From Dehalococcoidia bacterium (lineage in GTDB: Bacteria > Chloroflexota > Dehalococcoidia > Dehalococcoidales > UBA1222), in the NCBI GenBank assembly GCA_003597995.1, contig QZJY01000070.1:2081-66080 (forward strand): a stretch of 64,000 bases of DNA, written 5' to 3'. The position numbers and the translations under genes were made by a program. The notes beneath the pieces were generated by a model that saw only the letters and a program-made list of their open reading frames with translations, ran no database searches and had not been told where the DNA came from. Every line of letters begins with the position of its first letter. Position 1 is the stretch's first letter. Below, piece after piece: positions 43,944-52,968 of this stretch.

Positions 43944-44552
43944 TTATTTAGGCTTGAGGGAAGCTATTGAATGCACACTGGCGGGAACTTCCTTGAAATC
44001 CAGTTCACCGACATTTACATTAATAAGGCTTTTCACCGTGCCTTCTATGGCTGTGAAGGGCAACCATGTCTGATACCAGATCTTGCTTACTCGGCTGCGG
44101 ACACTCTCATATTCACAAACGAGGTAATAGGTTTTGTGTAGTTCAAGTTTGATAGGAACGAACGTTAAAGCCTGCTCGTTGTTGCGCAGGAAACCCAGAG
44201 TCTCACCCTGCAGGACAGCCTTTTCCGCGTTCATTAAAGAGATTTTCAAGCTTATAGCCGGACTGTTACCGGCGTTAAATAGCTCAAAGTGCGAAAAATG
44301 GGAAGTCAGCGGGCGGTCATCAGTTTTCTGCGCACCTTTGGGAGCGGACACGCTATCAGCCACATAAGTCGTTGCAGCCTCATGAACCACCGCCCTGATA
44401 ACCAACAAGGGGCGGGATGCCATGGCCACTTCAGCCCTCGTCTCGTCCAGATTTTTTTCTAGTTGTTTCTTTGACTGGATGGAATAATAGAAACCGGTTA
44501 TAACGAGTACCATGGTTAAAACGGCTGTAATTAAGAAAAGAAAACTATCCAT
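43944..44552 (-). CDS. Hypothetical N-terminally membrane-anchored protein (202 aa)
   Basis: AGGAGA RBS and a single N-terminal TM. No motif recognised. Last gene of the AT-richer block. Confidence 0.5.
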   Translation of the reverse strand: MDSFLFLITAVLTMVLVITGFYYSIQSKKQLEKNLDETRAEVAMASRPLLVIRAVVHEAATTYVADSVSAPKGAQKTDDRPLTSHFSHFELFNAGNSPAISLKISLMNAEKAVLQGETLGFLRNNEQALTFVPIKLELHKTYYLVCEYESVRSRVSKIWYQTWLPFTAIEGTVKSLINVNVGELDFKEVPASVHSIASLKPK

Positions 44553-44656
44553 TGTCTTTATCTCCTAGCAGGCATTATCCGCCTTTGACCTGGCAGACGT
44601 GGGCTGAGACACCCAGCGTTTGCGGCAAAACATTCATAATTTCATCATTGGATTTC

Positions 44657-45802
44657 TCAAAAGGAATTTGGATTAGGTCTAAAGTTGTATTGCCGCAGCA
44701 GCGCCTTCAATTCGGGGATATCAAAAGCCTGTTGACTATCCTCGCCATACTGCTTCTTGATAGCGAGTATTTCGTCTTGCATGGCGAAGAAAGCATCCAC
44801 TACATCCGGGTCAAAGTGGCTTTCCCTTCCCTCCCTGATAATTGCCAGCGACTCTCCCACGGAGAATGGTTTTCTGTATGGCCGTCTGGATGTCAGCGCA
44901 TCGAATACATCTGCGATTGCCGCGATGCGTGCGGCGATCGGTATCTCTATACCCTTTAGCCTGTTTGGATAACCGCTTCCATCCCACTTCTCGTGATGGC
45001 ACATGGACATAGTTTCTCCCATACGGATGAATTCGGCGTCCGAGCCCTCGAGGATTCTTGCACCGATGACCGTATGTAGTTTCATGATTTCCCATTCCAT
45101 TGAGTCAAGCTTGGCTGGTTTCATCAGAATGGCGTCGGGTATACCTATCTTACCCAAATCGGTCATAGGCGCTGCATAAATAATGGTTTCAATAGTATTT
45201 TCGTCCAAACCCATGCGGCGGGCAACGGCAGCGGAATAATTGCTCATACGCTTGATGTGTGCGTCAGTGTCATCGTTCTTGTACTCGGAGGCCATGGACA
45301 GGCGGTAAATCGTCTCCAGCGAGGCGGCTTTTATCTTCTCGAAGGCTTGCTTTAATTCTTCGGTCCTGCTGGTTACCTCGGACTCCAACTCTTTGCGGTA
45401 ATTAACCATCAAGTCGTTGTAGGCTTTGACCTTAAGCAGGGACCGCACCCGGGCTAAAAGCTCCATTTTGTCAACAGGCTTTGAAAGAAAATCGTCACAA
45501 CCGGCTTCAATTCCCTTTACCCGGTCTTCAGTTTCCCGCAATGCGGTAACCAAGATTATCGGAAGCAGCCGATTTTTATCATCTTGCCTGACCCTGCGGA
45601 TAACTTCAAAACCATCCATGCCGGGCATCATTACGTCCAGCAGAATCAGGTCGATTTTATTGCCGGAAAGTTTCCCCAGCGCTTCTTCACCGCTTGTTGC
45701 TTTGACAACTTCATAACCCGGCGGAACAAGATATGCTTCGAGCAGCTCAATGTTTTGGGGCTGGTCATCGACAACCAGGATTACCGGTTTGTCTTTTATC
45801 AT
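44657..45802 (-). CDS. Response regulator with HD-GYP output domain (HD dyad reads TD)
   Basis: Receiver has VLVVDDQ and LILLDVMMPGMDG. The output domain has HHEKWDGSGYP, but MTDLGKIGIPD stands where HDIGK is expected. Confidence 0.8.
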   Translation of the reverse strand: MIKDKPVILVVDDQPQNIELLEAYLVPPGYEVVKATSGEEALGKLSGNKIDLILLDVMMPGMDGFEVIRRVRQDDKNRLLPIILVTALRETEDRVKGIEAGCDDFLSKPVDKMELLARVRSLLKVKAYNDLMVNYRKELESEVTSRTEELKQAFEKIKAASLETIYRLSMASEYKNDDTDAHIKRMSNYSAAVARRMGLDENTIETIIYAAPMTDLGKIGIPDAILMKPAKLDSMEWEIMKLHTVIGARILEGSDAEFIRMGETMSMCHHEKWDGSGYPNRLKGIEIPIAARIAAIADVFDALTSRRPYRKPFSVGESLAIIREGRESHFDPDVVDAFFAMQDEILAIKKQYGEDSQQAFDIPELKALLRQYNFRPNPNSF

Positions 45803-45836
45803 CTATCCCTTTTGAATTTGACTATTCAACATAAAC

Positions 45837-46202
45837 TCATTTAATAAATTGGCTGATTTCCTTGGCGAAGGTGCGCGTGTTAATTGGCTTGCCTATGAAT
45901 CCGGAGTTTGGTATAGCGTTTATCGCTTCTCGGCCTTCCACCATTACGGATGCCGTGACAAAAACGATGGGGATATCGCGCGTGGTTTTATCTTGCCGCA
46001 ATATTCTGGCAGCTTCGGTACCGCGCATATCGGGAAGTCTCACATCCATAACAATAATATCCGGTTTTTCTTTCCGGGCAATGGCAATTCCGCCGGAAGC
46101 ATTTTCAGATATAAATACCTCGAATCCGGCGACCTCCAGGAGGTCTTTTTCCAGAATAAGATTGTTTCCATTATCATCGACGATTAATGCTCTCTTCCCC
46201 AT
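45837..46202 (-). CDS. Single-domain CheY-like response regulator
   Basis: ALIVDDN, IIVMDVRLPDM, VTAS and GKP receiver signature. Confidence 0.85.
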   Translation of the reverse strand: MGKRALIVDDNGNNLILEKDLLEVAGFEVFISENASGGIAIARKEKPDIIVMDVRLPDMRGTEAARILRQDKTTRDIPIVFVTASVMVEGREAINAIPNSGFIGKPINTRTFAKEISQFIK

Positions 46203-46203
46203 C

Positions 46204-48576
46204 TCATATCACCTTCCTGGATACAATAGGCAGAGTAAACCTGACTTTGGTGCCTTTGTTTAGCCCTTCTGATTCTACGGAAAAATTCCCGCCGTGCAGC
46301 TCAACCAGCTTTTTTGAAAGCGGCAAACCTAGCCCGGTTCCCTCAGTTACCCGGGAATACGGCGTATCGACACGGAAAAACCCTTCAAATATTTTCCCGA
46401 TATTTTCGGATGCGATACCGACCCCCGTATCCCAGACTACTATTTCCACCGCGGAACCGGCTTTCTTTGCCCGCATACCAATTCTACCGCCGTTGGGGGT
46501 AAACTTAACGGCGTTTGAAAGAAGGTTGTAAATTATCTCTTTTACCTTGAGCTCATCGGCCTCTATATCGGGCAGATCTTCGGCTATTTCGAGTGACATT
46601 TCAATTTTCTTTTTACTGACCATATCCGCTACCAGCATGGAAAGCTCATTTAACAGGCTTTTCATAGGCAAGATAGATAAAGCCAGCGTCATTTTTCCGG
46701 CTTCGACTTTTGCCATATCAAGTATCTGATTTATCAGTAAAAGAAGGTGCTTCCCGCTGGTTAAAACGTTATTAACATATTGCTTCTGCTTATCGTTTAA
46801 CGGGCCGAAAGTCTCGTCGTATAATACCTCGGAGAACCCATTAATGGAGTTCAGCGGGGTTCTGAGCTCATGCGACATGTTGGCCAGGAACTCGGATTTA
46901 GCGCGAGCGGCGCGTTTTAACTCGGAAGCCAATTCCTTTAACTCTTCATGGGCTTTTTCCAGGCCGGTTTCTATCTCCTTGCGGTCGGTGATATCCTCAA
47001 TGGCCAGGAGGATGATACGCTCCTTGCCAGACGCTCTTTGAATTTGCCGGGCATTCAGAAGCATGATACGCCGGCCGATAGTTGAAAAATTGTGTTCAAC
47101 CTCATAGTTATCAAAGGTCGTTTTTTGAGGAAGGATGGTTTCCAGCAGTTCCCGCAGCTTGGGGATATTCCATTGTTTATTGCCCAGGTCGTAGATAAGC
47201 TGCCCCACGGTTTCTGCCGGTTCCACCTTGAAGACTTCATAAAAAGAGCGGCTGACCGTGACCACTCTGAGGTCCTGATCCAGAGAAATCAAGGGCTCAC
47301 GCACGGTGTTGATGACGCTCTCAGCGAATTCACTGGCTTCATCCGCGGATTTTTTAATAACCTCGAGTTCTTTGCGGGTCTTTTCCAGACCGGCTTCTAT
47401 CTCCTTACGCTCGGTGATGTCTTCGATGGCCAGGAGGATGATCCGTTCCTTGCCCATCCCCCGTTCGATTTGCCGGGCATTCAGAAGCATGATGCGCCGG
47501 CCGATGGTGGCAAAATTGTGTTCAACCTCATAGTTATCAAAGGTCGTTTTTTGAGGAAGGATGGTTTCCAGCAGTTCCCGCAGCTTGGGAATATCCCATT
47601 GTTTATTGCCCAGGTCATAGATAAGCTGCCCCACGGTTTCCTCGGGCTTTACCTTAAAGAATTCATAGAAGGAACGGCTGACCGCAACCACCCGGAGGTC
47701 TTTATCCAGAACAATTAGAGGTTCTCGCACGGTGTTGATTATGCTCTCGGAGTATTCACTGACGGTTAACAGTTGTTTTGCTTTTTTTTGTTCGGTTATA
47801 TCGTGCATAATAGCCGACACGCCGTATATATTTCCCAGCTTGTCCTTGATTGACGAAAGAGTCAAAGAGACATCAATTACTACTCCATCTTTGCGGATGC
47901 GTTTCGTTTCATAATTTTTAATCAATTCTCCAGCTTGCAGTTTCTTAAGTTGATTGAGTACTTCTTCTTTGTAACCAGGAGGAGCTAAGAGGGAAATATT
48001 TTGGCCATGCATCTCTTTTTCGGAGTAACCAAGTATTTTTTCTGCCCCTTTATTCCAACTGACAATATCCCCCTGCAAAGTTTTCCCGATGATACCATCA
48101 ATCGACGTATTAACAATTGCTGCCAAACCAAGATAAGATTCTTCCATACTCTTGCGCTTGGTGATATCTTCGATAGCCAGGAGAATAACTTTTGGCTTTT
48201 CCGGTGGCATGGGGATCCTCCGTGCATTCAAAAGCATGGTACGTCTGCCAACGCCAGGAAAATCGTGTTCCACCTCATAGTCATCAAAGGTCGCCTTTTG
48301 GGGCAGGATTTCTTCCAGCAGTTCCCTTAGCCTGGGGATATCCCATTGCTTATCACCCAGGTCATAAATTAGCCGCCCTACGGTCTCTGCGGGTTTTACC
48401 TCAAAAACATCATAAAAGGAGCGGCTGGCCGTGACTACCCTTAAATCCTGGTCCAGTACGATTAAAGGTTCACGCACCGTATTGACGATGCTCTCGGCAT
48501 ATTCAGGGGATACCGTAACTGTATTTTTGGGTGGCATATCTTTCTTCCTGCTTTCGGTGATACCGCCGCTCAGCAT
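46204..48576 (-). CDS. Multi-PAS sensor histidine kinase
   Basis: Three copies of a ~140-aa PAS module (NTVREPL..LD.DLRVV..SRSFY...) plus one different PAS. H-box SHELRTPLN. HATPase_c with N, G1 (DTGVGI) and G2 (GTGLGL) boxes. Confidence 0.88.
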   Translation of the reverse strand: MLSGGITESRKKDMPPKNTVTVSPEYAESIVNTVREPLIVLDQDLRVVTASRSFYDVFEVKPAETVGRLIYDLGDKQWDIPRLRELLEEILPQKATFDDYEVEHDFPGVGRRTMLLNARRIPMPPEKPKVILLAIEDITKRKSMEESYLGLAAIVNTSIDGIIGKTLQGDIVSWNKGAEKILGYSEKEMHGQNISLLAPPGYKEEVLNQLKKLQAGELIKNYETKRIRKDGVVIDVSLTLSSIKDKLGNIYGVSAIMHDITEQKKAKQLLTVSEYSESIINTVREPLIVLDKDLRVVAVSRSFYEFFKVKPEETVGQLIYDLGNKQWDIPKLRELLETILPQKTTFDNYEVEHNFATIGRRIMLLNARQIERGMGKERIILLAIEDITERKEIEAGLEKTRKELEVIKKSADEASEFAESVINTVREPLISLDQDLRVVTVSRSFYEVFKVEPAETVGQLIYDLGNKQWNIPKLRELLETILPQKTTFDNYEVEHNFSTIGRRIMLLNARQIQRASGKERIILLAIEDITDRKEIETGLEKAHEELKELASELKRAARAKSEFLANMSHELRTPLNSINGFSEVLYDETFGPLNDKQKQYVNNVLTSGKHLLLLINQILDMAKVEAGKMTLALSILPMKSLLNELSMLVADMVSKKKIEMSLEIAEDLPDIEADELKVKEIIYNLLSNAVKFTPNGGRIGMRAKKAGSAVEIVVWDTGVGIASENIGKIFEGFFRVDTPYSRVTEGTGLGLPLSKKLVELHGGNFSVESEGLNKGTKVRFTLPIVSRKVI
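46955..47766. repeat. Tandem duplication (426-nt period) of a PAS module inside the kinase gene
   Basis: 46955-47340 and 47381-47766 align colinearly, with long identical runs such as CATAGTTATCAAAGGTCGTTTTTTGAGGAAGGATGGTTTCCAGCAGTTCCCGCAGCTTGGG. A third, more diverged copy lies near 48140-48520. Confidence 0.85.
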
Positions 48577-48665
48577 GGCGTCATCCTGCCAGAGTCAGCG
48601 AAATCTGATTCGTTTCGCTCCAGACGTCCTACCCTATCTTTTCCGTAACTTAACATGAATTTTGG

Positions 48666-49385
48666 CTATTTTTTAGTGCTGTGTCGAACCGGATGGATTT
48701 CCTCAAGTACTACATCTTTTTTACCGGTGTCCAATTTCAGGCCGAAATATTTGGAACGTTCTTCGAAGTTCTCTATCGATTCGTCTTCCCAGGGGATGTA
48801 TTCCAAGGCCGCCGGGCTGCGGAAGGAATAAAGCAGAAGATCAATTACCTCGGTCGAAGAATTGGCCAGCTTCATGACGGTGTCTTTCCTCGCCGCAAAA
48901 ACCTGGCCGGTTATCAGGGTGGGCACATTAGGATAATAGACGTTTATAATCGGGAAGATAGCATTTTTATGGCTCAGTTTAACCTTTTCCTCTGCCAGTA
49001 TCCAGCCATAGGAGAGGCAGGTCGGTGAATACAAAAAGAGGCAGGGTACCATATGAGCCAGCCTGTTAATAGTCATTATCTCGCCCTGTCCGAAAAAGAG
49101 CCCTATTACCGGAACTTTGGAAAGCACTTTACCAAGCTTGGTTAGTTTCAATACCATGCCTGACAAATAGACAATCAATGCACAAAGGATTGCGCCGAAA
49201 CCGAAGAATAAATACTTATCGGGTACAGCAACGCCCAGAATCATTCTCCCGACATTTTCGGCATTGGTGAATAGAAGAATCGTTATATAAATCACCAATA
49301 TAACCGGAAGCCAGAAAACGATACCATAAAGTAAAAAAGTAGATTGGCTTTTTAAAAACTTCAAGTGTTCAGATATCTTCTTCAC
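48666..49385 (-). CDS. DUF502-like membrane protein
   Basis: TM helices near the N-terminus and a YPNVPTLITGQVF..RKDTV motif resembling the DUF502 P-x-T-G signature. The start was moved to GTG 49385 after an AAAGGAG RBS. Confidence 0.5.
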   Translation of the reverse strand: MKKISEHLKFLKSQSTFLLYGIVFWLPVILVIYITILLFTNAENVGRMILGVAVPDKYLFFGFGAILCALIVYLSGMVLKLTKLGKVLSKVPVIGLFFGQGEIMTINRLAHMVPCLFLYSPTCLSYGWILAEEKVKLSHKNAIFPIINVYYPNVPTLITGQVFAARKDTVMKLANSSTEVIDLLLYSFRSPAALEYIPWEDESIENFEERSKYFGLKLDTGKKDVVLEEIHPVRHSTKK

Positions 49386-49479
49386 TAATCTACTCCTTTC
49401 ATTACACTCAAACCGCAGTAGGAGCTGCTGCCGACAACAGCTCCTACACTCGCGGCTTGTTAGCTTCGACTCGTTGGAA

Positions 49480-49662
49480 CTAGGTTGTCTTGTCTTCGAT
49501 GACGGCTTTGGCGGCGCTCTCTTTGACGGATGCAATGCCTTTCATGGCACCGTCCTTGCTCGTATAACCCTCAGACACCGCAACGGTCTCACCGTTGCCA
49601 GCGATGAACTTGAAGCGAAATTCCCCGGATTTATCCTTGTTGATTTCAAACTTGGCTGCCAT
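49480..49662 (-). CDS. YegP/DUF1508 protein, paralog 1
   Basis: MAAKFEINKDKSGEFRFKFIAGNGETVAVSEGYTSKDGAMKGIASV. AAGGAGG RBS. Confidence 0.8.
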   Translation of the reverse strand: MAAKFEINKDKSGEFRFKFIAGNGETVAVSEGYTSKDGAMKGIASVKESAAKAVIEDKTT

Positions 49663-49781
49663 GTTATTCCTCCTTTATTTATTCTATCGATGTTTTCCAG
49701 ACTAATCTCATCAGGGACCATCCCGTATTGAGCGTAGCAGTAACAGCACACTCACGGCTTGCTAGCTGCGGCTCGCCAGAA

Positions 49782-50378
49782 CTAGGTTGTCTTATCGTTA
49801 ACCAGGGCTACAGGCGCGTTTTCCCTGACGGACTCAATACCGTTCAGCGCACCCTCTTTGGCCGTATAACCCTCAGACACGGCGATGGTCTCCCCGTTTG
49901 AAGCAATGAGCTTAAAGCGGAATTCACCCGCAGTGTCATTGTTTAACTCAAATTTGGCTTCTGCCTTGCGTCTGCCTCTCTTTATGGCTACCAGGCGCAC
50001 AATACCCAGGTATGACTTATACCCATGCTGGCTGTAGTAGTGGTCAAGCTCTGCCAGGTCTTCTTCTTTCTGCCACTTTTCAATCTCTTCCAGCCACTTG
50101 TCCTTGTGCATCCCCGGGGCATTCTTGAGGACCTCTTCCGGCATGTCCAGAACAAACTTCATTGTCTCCGGGTACCACTGCAAAGCATCCCACGGCAGGG
50201 CGAACCATTTATCGCCGAAACCCAGCGTGCCGCCGAAAGCCACCAGGACGAACGCAATTATACCTTCGTGCATATCCACTACGAAGGTTTGCACCTGGCC
50301 CATGTCCTCGTGCTGTTTGTTGACCACATCGTATTGCTTCAATCTGATAGTTGGTACGAACCTCGGTAATTTACTCAT
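49782..50378 (-). CDS. PRC-barrel domain protein fused to a C-terminal YegP/DUF1508 domain
   Basis: N-terminus DVVNKQHEDMGQVQTFVVDMHEGIIAFVLVAFGG is PRC-barrel-like. The C-terminus AKFELNNDTAGEFRFKLIASNGETIAVSEGYTAKEGALNGIESV is a YegP domain. Confidence 0.7.
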   Translation of the reverse strand: MSKLPRFVPTIRLKQYDVVNKQHEDMGQVQTFVVDMHEGIIAFVLVAFGGTLGFGDKWFALPWDALQWYPETMKFVLDMPEEVLKNAPGMHKDKWLEEIEKWQKEEDLAELDHYYSQHGYKSYLGIVRLVAIKRGRRKAEAKFELNNDTAGEFRFKLIASNGETIAVSEGYTAKEGALNGIESVRENAPVALVNDKTT

Positions 50379-50431
50379 AATATTCCTCCTTATTTAGTAC
50401 TCAGTTGATTCATGGCACAAACTGCCATATG

Positions 50432-50593
50432 CTAGAAAGCCCTGAAAACTCTCTTTAACAGCCAGATGATAATGAGAATGACTGCCAGAACCAGGGCGAT
50501 GTAAATCAGCCCGCCGAGGGTTGGCAACGCGACCATGCCAAACACCCACAAGATTAATAGAATGATACCGATAACCAGTAATAAATCCAGCAT
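50432..50593 (-). CDS. 53-aa two-TM micro-membrane protein (lmo0937-like; not in the ORF track)
   Basis: GGAAAGGAGG RBS. Sequence MLDLLLVIGIILLILWVFGMVALPTLGGLIYIALVLAVILIIIWLLKRVFRAF. Confidence 0.55.
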   Translation of the reverse strand: MLDLLLVIGIILLILWVFGMVALPTLGGLIYIALVLAVILIIIWLLKRVFRAF

Positions 50594-50643
50594 GATGACC
50601 TCCTTTCCTTATATTAACGACTCTATTCTTTATCCAATTTTAT

Positions 50644-50754
50644 TTATCTGTTACAGGTTCTGTTCCACAAGTACGCGTACTTTTCGGTTGGCGTCCAGAA
50701 GAACCACTTTATCTGGAATAAGGTCCTGTTGAAGTAATCTGATATTCTTGCCAT
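50644..50754 (-). CDS. Possible 36-aa ORF (MARISDYFNRTLFQIKWFFWTPTEKYAYLWNRTCNR)
   Basis: GAGGGTG upstream of the ATG. Nothing else supports it. Confidence 0.2.
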   Translation of the reverse strand: MARISDYFNRTLFQIKWFFWTPTEKYAYLWNRTCNR

Positions 50755-50818
50755 GTATCACCCTCTTCTCTAATTTATATTAATGCATTCACCTTCTTGC
50801 CTGTTGAACGCAGTGCCA

Positions 50819-51073
50819 TTAGCTTTTTTTCTCGGTTTCTTTAAGTTCTTCTGTGATGTCCTGAGACATCATGAGAAACAGCTTGCGAATTTTTTTCATG
50901 ACCTCTTCGGCGGCTTTCTCCCCGGCCAGGCGCGCTTCTTCGGCTGCTTTCCTGGCCTCACCTGCGGCCTTCTCCGCCAGTCCGATGCTGGCATCGATTT
51001 CATCCAGAATCTCGGGCAACGGTTTTTGCATAATGTTATGCCTGGCAGAAGTTGATCGTGTTTTATCTTCCAT
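50819..51073 (-). CDS. Small charged coiled-coil protein (84 aa)
   Basis: GAGGAGAAGG RBS. Ala/Glu/Lys-rich helical sequence. Confidence 0.5.
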   Translation of the reverse strand: MEDKTRSTSARHNIMQKPLPEILDEIDASIGLAEKAAGEARKAAEEARLAGEKAAEEVMKKIRKLFLMMSQDITEELKETEKKS

Positions 51074-51220
51074 TGCCCTTCTCCTCAGTAATAACTCCCC
51101 ACGACCGCAAGGTAGTGGTATTAACTTAATACAACCCTCGATTGCCCTGCGTCTTTTTGTCCTGCTCTAGGGAGAACTTCACTCCTCGAACACGATAGTC
51201 GGGGAATTAAATTTGGAAAG

Positions 51221-51394
51221 TTAAAAGAGGTGCAGTACCGCCTTCAGCAGCCAGACAGCCAGGATTATCACGGCAATAACAAGTATTATGTGGATCAGCC
51301 TTTGATCGGAAAAATGACTTCTCCCCCAACCGGTCCCCCAGCCTGTGAACCACAGTATAACCAGAATAATGACGATAAGTAATAAGATATCCAT
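51221..51394 (-). CDS. 57-aa two-TM micro-membrane protein, paralog-like (not in the ORF track)
   Basis: AAGGAGG RBS. Sequence MDILLLIVIILVILWFTGWGTGWGRSHFSDQRLIHIILVIAVIILAVWLLKAVLHLF. The track ORF 51207..51431 in another frame looks spurious. Confidence 0.5.
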   Translation of the reverse strand: MDILLLIVIILVILWFTGWGTGWGRSHFSDQRLIHIILVIAVIILAVWLLKAVLHLF

Positions 51395-51433
51395 GTTGAC
51401 CTCCTTGCCTTAGAGTGCCCCGGGGGCCCAAAC

Positions 51434-51577
51434 TTATTGTATGGCCTGAATAATGGCAATGATTCCGATAATGATGAGGTAAATGCCTATAAGATAGTTA
51501 AGTATCTTGGGGAAAATCATTATAATGACACCGAAAAGCAGAGTGATGATTCCCATTAGTAAACCGCTGATTACCAT
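51434..51577 (-). CDS. 47-aa two-TM micro-membrane protein (DUF3096-like; not in the ORF track)
   Basis: TAGGAGGA RBS. Sequence MVISGLLMGIITLLFGVIIMIFPKILNYLIGIYLIIIGIIAIIQAIQ. Confidence 0.5.
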   Translation of the reverse strand: MVISGLLMGIITLLFGVIIMIFPKILNYLIGIYLIIIGIIAIIQAIQ

Positions 51578-51660
51578 ATTAATCCTCCTATAAACCGACC
51601 TTCTTTAGTTTTCTAAACTCTTTTTTTATCCCATTCGTCGATCAAAAAGAGACTCGAACC

Positions 51661-51879
51661 CTATGCAGCTTCTTTGCCGCCGCGCATGGCTGAAGCCCGT
51701 TCCTTGACCTTCTCGGCTAGCTCACCGGCTTTTTCGCGGGCTTCCATGGCCTTCTCTTTGAGCATAGAGCGGGTCTCGGCGCCAGACTTGGGGGCATACA
51801 GCATACCCACTGCCAGCCCGAAGACCGCACCCGCTACGAGGCCTATAACCAGCCCCTTCGCCATTCCATTGTCATCCAT
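51661..51879 (-). CDS. YtxH-domain protein
   Basis: GLVAGAVFGLAVGMLYAPKSGAETR followed by a charged helix. Confidence 0.8.
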   Translation of the reverse strand: MDDNGMAKGLVIGLVAGAVFGLAVGMLYAPKSGAETRSMLKEKAMEAREKAGELAEKVKERASAMRGGKEAA

Positions 51880-51918
51880 GGTATTATCCCCCTATCTTAA
51901 AATATATGTCTTCCTGGT

Positions 51919-52167
51919 TTACATGCCGGCTTCGGTGCTGCCACGTATTCTTTCTTTAGCTCTTTCCATCATGGTGCCGGCGCGTTCTTTCATCTCTTCT
52001 GTCATCTCCCCGACTTTTCCCTTCATCTCCATAGCCCGCTCTTTGAGCATGGCTCTGGTTTCCCTACCTGGCCGCGGGGCATAAAGCAGGCCGATGGCCA
52101 GACCGAGAGCTAAACCGGCGGCCAGTCCCGCGCCCAACAAAGCACCGCTGTTTTCATTCTCCATCAA
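51919..52167 (-). CDS. YtxH-domain protein, paralog
   Basis: GLAAGLALGLAIGLLYAPRPGRETR followed by a charged helix. Confidence 0.8.
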   Translation of the reverse strand: MMENENSGALLGAGLAAGLALGLAIGLLYAPRPGRETRAMLKERAMEMKGKVGEMTEEMKERAGTMMERAKERIRGSTEAGM

Positions 52168-52447
52168 TCACCTCCTTTTTACTTCTTTTTAGAAATCCGC
52201 CTATAACTTCAATCCATCTGGCTATGCTCTGAAAAATACCCCCCACCTGGACAATGGGCCGCACTATCTGCTCTTTGGCGACAGTGGAGATCTCCTCGAT
52301 ATTGGATGACGTCACCTTTAAAGAATCAAGGATGAATTCCAAACGCCGAAACAGAGCGAAGGCCATTATCCCTATGATAATCAGAAAAATCACCCCTATC
52401 AAGCCGTAAACGATGATAGTCAGGTCGCGCAACCACTCGATTGTCAC
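52154..52447 (-). CDS. DUF948-like membrane-anchored protein
   Basis: Single TM, then a helical region. A GTG start at 52447 follows a GGAGGTG RBS. Overlaps the downstream ytxH-like gene. Confidence 0.5.
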   Translation of the reverse strand: MTIEWLRDLTIIVYGLIGVIFLIIIGIMAFALFRRLEFILDSLKVTSSNIEEISTVAKEQIVRPIVQVGGIFQSIARWIEVIGGFLKRSKKEVIDGE

Positions 52448-52493
52448 TTGATGCACCTCCAATCAGTTGCTGACACGAAGATGATAGGAGCTT

Positions 52494-52676
52494 TTAGTCG
52501 GCCTTATCTTCGACAGTCGCGCTGGGCGCATTCTGCTTGACGGATGCAATGCCTTTCATGGCACCGTCCTTGCTCGTATAACCCTCAGACACGGCGATGG
52601 TCTGACCATTGCCAACAACGAGCTTGAAGCGGAATTCTCCAGCCTTGTCCTTGTAGATTTCGAACTTTGCTGCCAT
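52494..52676 (-). CDS. YegP/DUF1508 protein, paralog 3
   Basis: MAAKFEIYKDKAGEFRFKLVVGNGQTIAVSEGYTSKDGAMKGIASV. The start was moved to ATG 52676 after AAGGAG. A 56-nt tract is identical to paralog 1. Confidence 0.8.
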   Translation of the reverse strand: MAAKFEIYKDKAGEFRFKLVVGNGQTIAVSEGYTSKDGAMKGIASVKQNAPSATVEDKAD

Positions 52677-52873
52677 GTTGTTCACTCCTTATTGAGTTGC
52701 CTTTTTCTCTTCTCGCCCTCGCCTAGGGGATAACAAAAGAGTAATAGGCATAGCTCCTCTAATGTAGAGCTAAGTATGTACCCTGTATCCCGAGGCCACA
52801 AGCCTCGCTAGCGGTTAAGGGACAGGTATGTTAGTGCTGATAGACTAATCTAATGAGTGGTAATGAATAGCAG

Positions 52874-52902
52874 TTGACAAAGCGGGGGTGGGGGGGTAAA
52901 TT
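52874..52902 (+). promoter_or_regulatory. Candidate promoter TTGACA-17 nt-TAAATT upstream of the LuxR-type regulator
   Basis: TTGACA at 52874-52879 and TAAATT at 52897-52902. Confidence 0.45.
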
Positions 52903-52968
52903 GGTGACAGAAAGCGCACCAAAGTATTGGTTATGGGTACACTAAAGTGTACTGGGGAGGGGTGAACT

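Noticed and set aside
51207-51431. 74-aa track ORF on the minus strand.
   Set aside because: A different frame in the same interval encodes a 57-aa two-TM protein with a proper AAGGAGG RBS (51221..51394). The track ORF has no RBS and an implausible composition.
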